From assembly GCA_000004985.1 (NCBI GenBank), contig GG739328.1: DNA of 1,773 bases; one strand, 5' to 3'. The notes under the pieces were generated by a model. It was not told the DNA's origin and searched no databases. It saw only the letters and a program-made list of their open reading frames with translations. The first letter of the stretch is position 1. Each line of letters starts with the position of its first letter. The position numbers and the translations under genes were made by a program. The stretch is from Naegleria gruberi (taxonomy: Eukaryota). Positions 1 to 1,773 of the stretch are shown here, piece after piece.

Positions 1-22
1 TAGGATAATTTACAGTATTAGT

Positions 23-319
23 CTACATCTTTTTCGATTTGGTAATCCTCTTAGTAGTGGTGGTTGATTGTTTAGCTCTCTTTTCAATTGAATTTTTCGA
101 AGATCTTTTCACTGAAATTTGTTTACCATTTAAATTTGCATGATGATAATCAATATTATTACGATGTCTGGTTCCACTTATAATATTTGAAGTATCAATA
201 TCAAATAATGGTAATCTTTTAGTTAAATCAATTGGTTTAGATCTTGACCAGACTGTTTTTGTTGGAATTCTATCTTCGGAAGATGAAGAAGTATTTGAAG
301 AAGTATTTCTAGCTGGCAT
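23..319 (-). CDS. Complete small ORF, 98 aa. Hypothetical Ser/Thr/Asn-rich, Lys/Arg-rich protein: MPARNTSSNTSSSSEDRIPTKTVWSRSKPIDLTKRLPLFDIDTSNIISGTRHRNNIDYHHANLNGKQISVKRSSKNSIEKRAKQSTTTTKRITKSKKM. Function unknown.
   Basis: ATG at 319-317 in the context caaaATGcc, with A at -3 and an A-rich leader on the minus strand. TAG stop at 25-23. I walked the ORF codon by codon and it matches the supplied 98-aa translation. 297 nt without a stop is improbable by chance in DNA this AT-rich. An in-frame TAA 5 codons upstream of the ATG closes the frame, so this ATG is the likely start. No recognisable domain; the composition is low-complexity and basic, as in many small yeast nuclear or regulatory proteins. 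Confidence 0.55.
   Translation of the reverse strand: MPARNTSSNTSSSSEDRIPTKTVWSRSKPIDLTKRLPLFDIDTSNIISGTRHRNNIDYHHANLNGKQISVKRSSKNSIEKRAKQSTTTTKRITKSKKM
285..308 (-). repeat. Perfect 12-bp tandem duplication, gaagaagtattt x2 on the plus strand, in-frame within the 23-319 CDS. Encodes NTSS-NTSS (residues 5-12).
   Basis: 285-296 and 297-308 are identical 12-mers. The flanking 273-284 is a degenerate third copy (tcttcggaagat). The unit length is a multiple of 3, so copy-number change would keep the frame. Confidence 0.9.
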
Positions 320-341
320 TTTGATTAGTGTTTGTTATTTA

Positions 342-359
342 GTTATTTTGTTTTGTTGT
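342..359. repeat. Left arm of an 18-bp inverted repeat (17/18 match with 513-530), plus strand gttattttgttttgttgt. It lies 22 nt upstream of the minus-strand ATG.
   Basis: The reverse complement of 513-530 is gttattttcttttgttgt. This differs from 342-359 only at position 9 (c vs g). Confidence 0.8.
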
Positions 360-512
360 GGAAATATCATCATCCGATCAGTTATCTATTTATTTCCAAG
401 ATGATTTCCACTAATTTTGTGATTCCGATTTTTAGTGGATTTTCCACTCATCACAAGAATTTGAATTTTTCTATTACTAACATTTTGATGAAAGGAAATT
501 TAATGAAAATCA

Positions 513-530
513 ACAACAAAAGAAAATAAC
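513..530. repeat. Right arm of the same inverted repeat, plus strand acaacaaaagaaaataac. It lies 14 nt upstream of the plus-strand ATG at 545.
   Basis: See 342-359. On their coding strands both arms read acaacaaaa(c/g)aaaataac, followed by an A-rich spacer and then ATG. Confidence 0.8.
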
Positions 531-544
531 AAAACAATAAGAAG

Positions 545-658
545 ATGGTCTCAACAAGAAGAAATATGTATAATTCCTCCAATAATACTTCACAATTTAA
601 TTCCGAAATTTCTCTGGATAATATTGTTGGTGGAACAAGAAGAAGAAATGTTTTGTAG
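545..658 (+). CDS. Short ORF, 37 aa: MVSTRRNMYNSSNNTSQFNSEISLDNIVGGTRRRNVL, ending in a double stop TAG TAG. Probably a truncated or diverged paralog of the N-terminal half of the 23-319 product, so it could be a pseudogene fragment.
   Basis: ATG at 545 in the context aagaagATGg, with A at -3 and an A-rich leader containing the mirrored 18-mer. Residues 26-37 (NIVGGTRRRNVL) align to residues 45-56 of the minus ORF (NIISGTRHRNNI) with 8/12 identity. The two DNA stretches (620-655 vs 152-187 reverse-complemented) are about two-thirds identical. Both N-termini follow the same pattern: Met, basic residues, then N/S/T-rich. The ORF is too short to be convincing alone and was not on the supplied track. 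Confidence 0.3.
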   Translation: MVSTRRNMYNSSNNTSQFNSEISLDNIVGGTRRRNVL

Positions 659-884
659 TAGAACATTTTGCTCAAATATCAATCTTCTCAATCTTTGAAA
701 AGCAATATTGGACCTTTTCCATTTTGAATCATCGTTCCAAGTAACTAGTTGTTCTGCCATTTTTACAAAATCAATATGAACGTATCAAGCAAATAATCAA
801 CAGAGGAGAAACCTAATAACTTTTAATGAAAGAAAGTTTTGCATCAATTTACTGCCGTTACTAGTGTGGGGAGGAACATATTAT

Positions 885-1249
885 TTAAATTTCAATTGGT
901 AAATTAGACGGGAAGCCTGCCAGGAATATGGCGACTATCCCGCTACAGTCTTTGACTGTATGAACAGTGAAGGCAACGAATCTATTGATTGTTGGTTCAG
1001 TAAGTTTGTTATTTAGAAAAGCTTGCTACGTGACCATCTATATATCACCTTTGAATTTTATCTAGTTAGAAAGAGATACTTGTGGTTGATCAATAAAAGA
1101 TCAATTTTTGGATTTGAGACTTCAAATATTTGCTTCACCACATACCTAGCAAGTGTTAATTTCCATGACAAATGTCATATCTTTAGAACAACACTTGTCT
1201 AACCCCAATACTGCACTGAAGGTCCTTCGACAAATTGACTTACTTTCAT
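885..1249 (-). CDS. Candidate two-exon micro-gene on the minus strand. Exon 1 is 1249-1244 (ATG AAA). The intron is 1243-1026 (218 nt). Exon 2 is 1025-885 (46 codons plus TAA). The predicted 48-aa hydrophobic product is MKQAFLNNKLTEPTINRFVAFTVHTVKDCSGIVAIFLAGFPSNLPIEI.
   Basis: Minus strand reads gat gat aat ATG AAA then GTAAGTcaattt, a consensus fungal 5' splice site directly after the second codon, as in many yeast intron genes. TTCTAAC (reverse complement of plus 1063-1069) is one mismatch from TACTAAC and lies about 38 nt upstream of cacgTAG ending at 1026. Joining 1244 to 1025 is in phase 0 and opens a 46-codon stop-free frame, ending at TAA 887-885, across the G+C-rich island. Phe codons are TTC 4 to TTT 1. 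An in-frame TGA at 1300-1298 upstream makes 1249 the first ATG. Weaknesses: two closer AGs between branch and acceptor would be skipped; the product is tiny; the plus strand is also open here. Confidence 0.25.
1086..1104. repeat. Palindromic element TTGATC-aataaaa-GATCAA. It contains TGATCA and an AATAAA hexamer.
   Basis: 1086-1091 ttgatc and 1099-1104 gatcaa are reverse complements with a 7-nt A-rich spacer. It lies inside the proposed intron of the 885-1249 minus gene. It may be a protein-binding site, a weak hairpin, or chance. Confidence 0.5.
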
Positions 1250-1434
1250 ATTATCATCTTTATTCACCAAGAAAGCCAGACTGGTAACCTTATTCTTTCA
1301 AATATATTCTTGAATCTGTTATTGAATTTTTTCCCAATTTTTTAACCATAACTTTTCTTCATAACAATTTACACTTTCAGAACCAATATAACATCATTGA
1401 GGATGCAAGATTGATAAAACCATTGACTGTACTT

Positions 1435-1454
1435 CTACAGGATCTTTTCTGTAG
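1435..1454. repeat. Inverted repeat CTACAG-gatctttt-CTGTAG (6-bp arms, 8-nt spacer). It overlaps the stop codon of the 1599-1435 minus ORF.
   Basis: 1435-1440 ctacag and 1449-1454 ctgtag are exact reverse complements. A small hairpin could form at the ORF's 3' end. Confidence 0.6.
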
Positions 1455-1599
1455 GAATACATAAACTCGACTTTTTTGAGTCAATCTGACCTTTGAGGTT
1501 AACCAAGATGAAGACTCTGTAGTCACATATCTTGAGCATGATATCGAACTGGAAACATGCTTCGCTGTAGGTTTCCTCGTTCATAGATGATTGCTGCAT
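1435..1599 (-). CDS. Candidate small ORF, 54 aa: MQQSSMNEETYSEACFQFDIMLKICDYRVFILVNLKGQIDSKKSSLCIPTEKIL. Function unknown.
   Basis: ATG at 1599-1597 and TAG at 1437-1435, each codon checked by hand. It lies in the second G+C-richer island. Two-codon boxes strongly prefer the C-ending codon (AAC 2 vs AAT 0, TAC 2 vs TAT 0, TTC 3 vs TTT 0, ATC 3 vs ATT 2, GAC 2 vs GAT 1). AGA, TTG, GGT, GTT and AAG are also used, as in translationally selected yeast genes. A TAA two codons upstream closes the frame. The in-register antisense plus frame (1480-1587, no ATG) uses poorer codons. It is below the length cutoff of the supplied track. Confidence 0.33.
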   Translation of the reverse strand: MQQSSMNEETYSEACFQFDIMLKICDYRVFILVNLKGQIDSKKSSLCIPTEKIL

Positions 1600-1750
1600 T
1601 CCTTACCAGCCATGGTTTGTGAATGGGGGATTTGTGAACATGCAGATTGGTACCTTAAACTTTTTATCAATAATAGAAAATTATTACCCGAGCTGTATGT
1701 AGTTGTGTACTTAAGAAAATAGAATTATTAGTTTATTTCAGTGTGATGAA

Positions 1751-1773
1751 GAATGAATATGAATGAATGTGAA
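1751..1773. repeat. Short tandem repeat gaatgaatrt x2.3 (gaatgaatat gaatgaatgt gaa), truncated by the window end.
   Basis: Two adjacent 10-mers at 1751-1760 and 1761-1770 differ at one base. The partial third copy runs to the window edge, so the full array length is unknown. Confidence 0.6.

Larger units (their letters stand above)
320..544. promoter_or_regulatory. Divergent (bidirectional) intergenic and leader region between the head-to-head ORFs starting at 319 (-) and 545 (+).
   Basis: 225 bp. Very T-rich on the plus strand next to the minus gene and A-rich next to the plus gene, so each ATG is preceded by an A-rich leader. Both ATGs have A at -3. Contains mirrored 18-bp leader elements at 342-359 and 513-530. 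No clean TATAAA box seen. The only ORFs here (332-529 +, 451-675 -) are low-complexity Phe/Leu-rich and judged spurious. Confidence 0.35.

Noticed and set aside
113-127. ggtaaacaaatttcag inside the 98-aa CDS, resembling a GT...TTTCAG mini-intron
   Set aside because: Only 15 nt, too short for any spliceosomal intron. It lies in-frame within continuous coding sequence (GKQIS).
140-146. ATGATGA box-C-like motif
   Set aside because: It lies inside the codons His-His of the 98-aa CDS. There is no CTGA box D at a suitable distance and no terminal stem.
475-481. TACTAAC heptamer (yeast intron branchpoint consensus) on the plus strand
   Set aside because: No GTATGT/GTAAGT 5' splice site exists upstream on the plus strand between 320 and 475, and no coding frame needs rescuing there. 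Taken as a chance occurrence in the spacer.
332-529. Track ORF, plus strand, 65 aa (MLFSYFVLLWKYHH...)
   Set aside because: It lies entirely in the T-rich divergent leader and is Phe/Leu/Ile-rich low complexity from T-rich codons. It overlaps the mirrored leader elements and has no codon-bias or motif support. This is the expected kind of chance ORF in an A/T homopolymer-rich spacer.
451-675. Track ORF, minus strand, 74 aa (MSKMFYYKTFLLLVPP...)
   Set aside because: It is antisense to the A-rich leader and to the 545-658 plus ORF, in a different register, and is dominated by Leu/Phe/Ile runs coded by TT-rich triplets. It has no start context and no support. Judged spurious.
840-1010. G+C-richer segment considered as a structured ncRNA (snRNA, RNase P/MRP, SRP, tRNA)
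   Set aside because: No tRNA A/B boxes (no GGTTCGA-type T-loop). No match to remembered U1, U2, U4, U5, U6 or U3 conserved segments. Only short 3-5 bp hairpins are visible. The segment is better explained as a coding exon, stop-free in register on both strands.
1103-1110. AAAATTGA on the minus strand (resembles the mimivirus early promoter octamer)
   Set aside because: A single occurrence in an AT-rich window is expected by chance. No other giant-virus features: the genes are tiny, not large, and no other copies occur upstream of ORFs.
777-1238. Hypothesis of a ciliate-type genetic code (TAA/TAG read as Gln) that would make 780-1235 one 152-codon ORF bounded by TGA codons
   Set aside because: The TGA to TAA+TAG ratio in all frames examined is about what base composition predicts. 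The A-rich leaders, ATG contexts and GTAAGT/CTAAC signals fit a standard-code fungus. The 98-aa ORF also ends at TAG with no compelling continuation.
1165-1287. Plus-strand ATG ORF of 40 aa (MTNVISLEQHLSNPNTALKVLRQIDLLSYYHLYSPRKPDW)
   Set aside because: It is open, but has no codon-bias, splice-signal or motif support. It overlaps the better-supported minus-strand ATG-AAA/GTAAGT arrangement. Length is within chance expectation.
1-1773. Prokaryotic interpretation (operons, RBS, rho-independent terminators, CRISPR, IS elements)
   Set aside because: Coding density is far too low for a bacterial, archaeal or phage genome. No direct repeat-spacer arrays, no terminal inverted repeats bounding a transposase-length ORF, and A-rich ATG leaders, not Shine-Dalgarno motifs.

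Overview
AT-rich DNA, roughly one-third G+C from sampling several lines by hand, with low coding density: the supplied track shows no ORF above 98 codons. It looks eukaryotic and is most consistent with a budding-yeast-type nuclear region, but the organism cannot be assigned from sequence alone. I found no rRNA, tRNA, CRISPR, transposon or prokaryotic operon signatures.

The best-supported element is a complete 98-aa Ser/Thr/Asn-rich basic ORF on the minus strand (319 to 23). It has an A-rich leader and an in-frame 12-bp perfect tandem duplication encoding NTSS twice.

This ORF lies head-to-head with a 37-aa plus-strand ORF (545-658). The two share a 17/18 inverted leader element at similar distances upstream of their ATGs, and both encode an NI(I/V)xGTRxRN block. 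I read this as an old inverted duplication producing a divergent paralog pair, with the plus copy truncated by a TAG TAG double stop.

Two G+C-richer islands (about 905-1000 and 1495-1650) carry short stop-free frames on both strands, in register with each other. The minus-strand readings show the stronger yeast-like preference for C-ending codons. They give a 54-aa ORF (1599 to 1435) with a small inverted repeat at its stop, and a candidate two-exon 48-aa gene. That gene runs ATG-AAA, then a 218-nt intron (GTAAGT, TTCTAAC branch-like motif, TAG), then 46 codons (1249 to 885).

Everything except the 23-319 CDS is tentative. No function is assigned to any product.
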